Part shown: in pieces, positions 63,154 through 64,000 of the stretch | Position numbering within the stretch: position 1 is the stretch's first letter | How the letters are laid out: each line of letters opens with the position of its first letter | Assembly: GCA_964016885.1 (NCBI GenBank) | Contig: OZ024743.1 | Span: forward strand, 276,210,001-276,274,000 | DNA: 64,000 bases | Source of the DNA: Eledone cirrhosa | Taxonomy: Eukaryota | Reading direction: 5' to 3' | Translations under genes and position numbers: made by a program | Notes under the pieces: generated by a model | What the model was told of the DNA's origin: nothing | Seen by the model: the letters and a program-made list of their open reading frames with translations, nothing else | The model's database searches: none

Positions 63154-64000
63154 GAATTATGGTATTTATCTATCTACTCTCGGAAGCTCTGAAGAAGGTC
63201 ATGAACACTGACTGATTAAATACATATATATATATTATTTTTAAGCGCAAAACCAGACATCACACAGAGAAGAAGGCCTCATAGTAGTGACGAAATAATG
63301 TGGTGAGTGAGTGGCGTTCATGTGTCGCAATATTTTGAATGAACACAGAATAGTAATAATATATATATTAACAGACACATCTAAGTAGTAGTAGTAGTAG
63401 TAGTAACAGCAAGTGTCAATCTATATACATAACCAGTTAAGTAAATATAACTTATATGACACTACGTATTACAAATGAAAAATCACCACAAATACATGAC
63501 GTACTTATATATCATCATCATCACACAAAGCAAGGAACAGAAAGAAAAGCAAAGAAAACAACAACAAAGAAACACAAACACAAGCAACAAAAAAGTTATT
63601 CTAAGTAACATTATTATTACAGGTTTCTATGATTACCATCACAGTTCCCAGGGAGACAAAGAATTCTTTAATCCCGAACAAAGAAGAACCAAGTGTGTGT
63701 GTGTGTCGTAGGTTTGTGAGTTCGGTGTAATGTGTATGTGTTGAATTTAGAGAGAAAGACGTGCGGAGAGCGGGTGGCGAGGACAGGTCTGAGAGTAAAC
63801 ATTGTAAACCCACCCACCCTCATGGTGGTGGTGGTAAGAGAGAGCAAGAGAGAGGAGGTAAATATATAAATTGCTGACTGCAGAAATATTTCAAAACTGA
63901 CAAAGTTTCAAGTTGCCACATCCTCCACCTACCCACCCTACCAATACTATTTTGTTTATTCTATTTATTTTCTTTATTCTATTTATTTTGTTTCCTTATT

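Noticed and set aside
63740-63870. GC-richer stretch with a GTAAACA (Fox-like) site, possible regulatory element
   Set aside because: Short motifs like this are expected by chance, and there is no linked gene in the window.

Overview
AT-rich eukaryotic, apparently non-coding (intronic or intergenic) DNA. The repeat families look like those of octopod cephalopods; this is inferred from sequence style and was not checked by a search. More than half of the window is compound (TA)n/(TACA)n/(TAAA)n/(TACC)n microsatellite, which produces all the long 'YIYI' ORFs (artefacts). Between the arrays are decayed RTE-clade LINE fragments from at least three lineages, at least four tRNA-derived SINE types, a tiny Tc1/mariner-type MITE family and a 200-N scaffold gap. 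No host protein-coding gene can be supported. The least expected signal is a set of type I hammerhead-ribozyme motifs (CUGANGA...GAAA...NUH), best formed at about 7.5, 20.0, 53.5 and 58.0 kb. Several sit in short, ORF-less, palindromic or outward-facing cassettes inserted in (TA)n that share a small terminal hairpin, consistent with non-autonomous Penelope-like (retrozyme-like) elements. Other observations: a three-copy RTE-3'/SINE-tail composite, an internally deleted RTE with a possible HDV-like 5' fold, a PHD-like finger inside the RTE reverse transcriptase, inverted SINE pairs, and a SINE with an inverted duplication inside a 19-bp target-site duplication.
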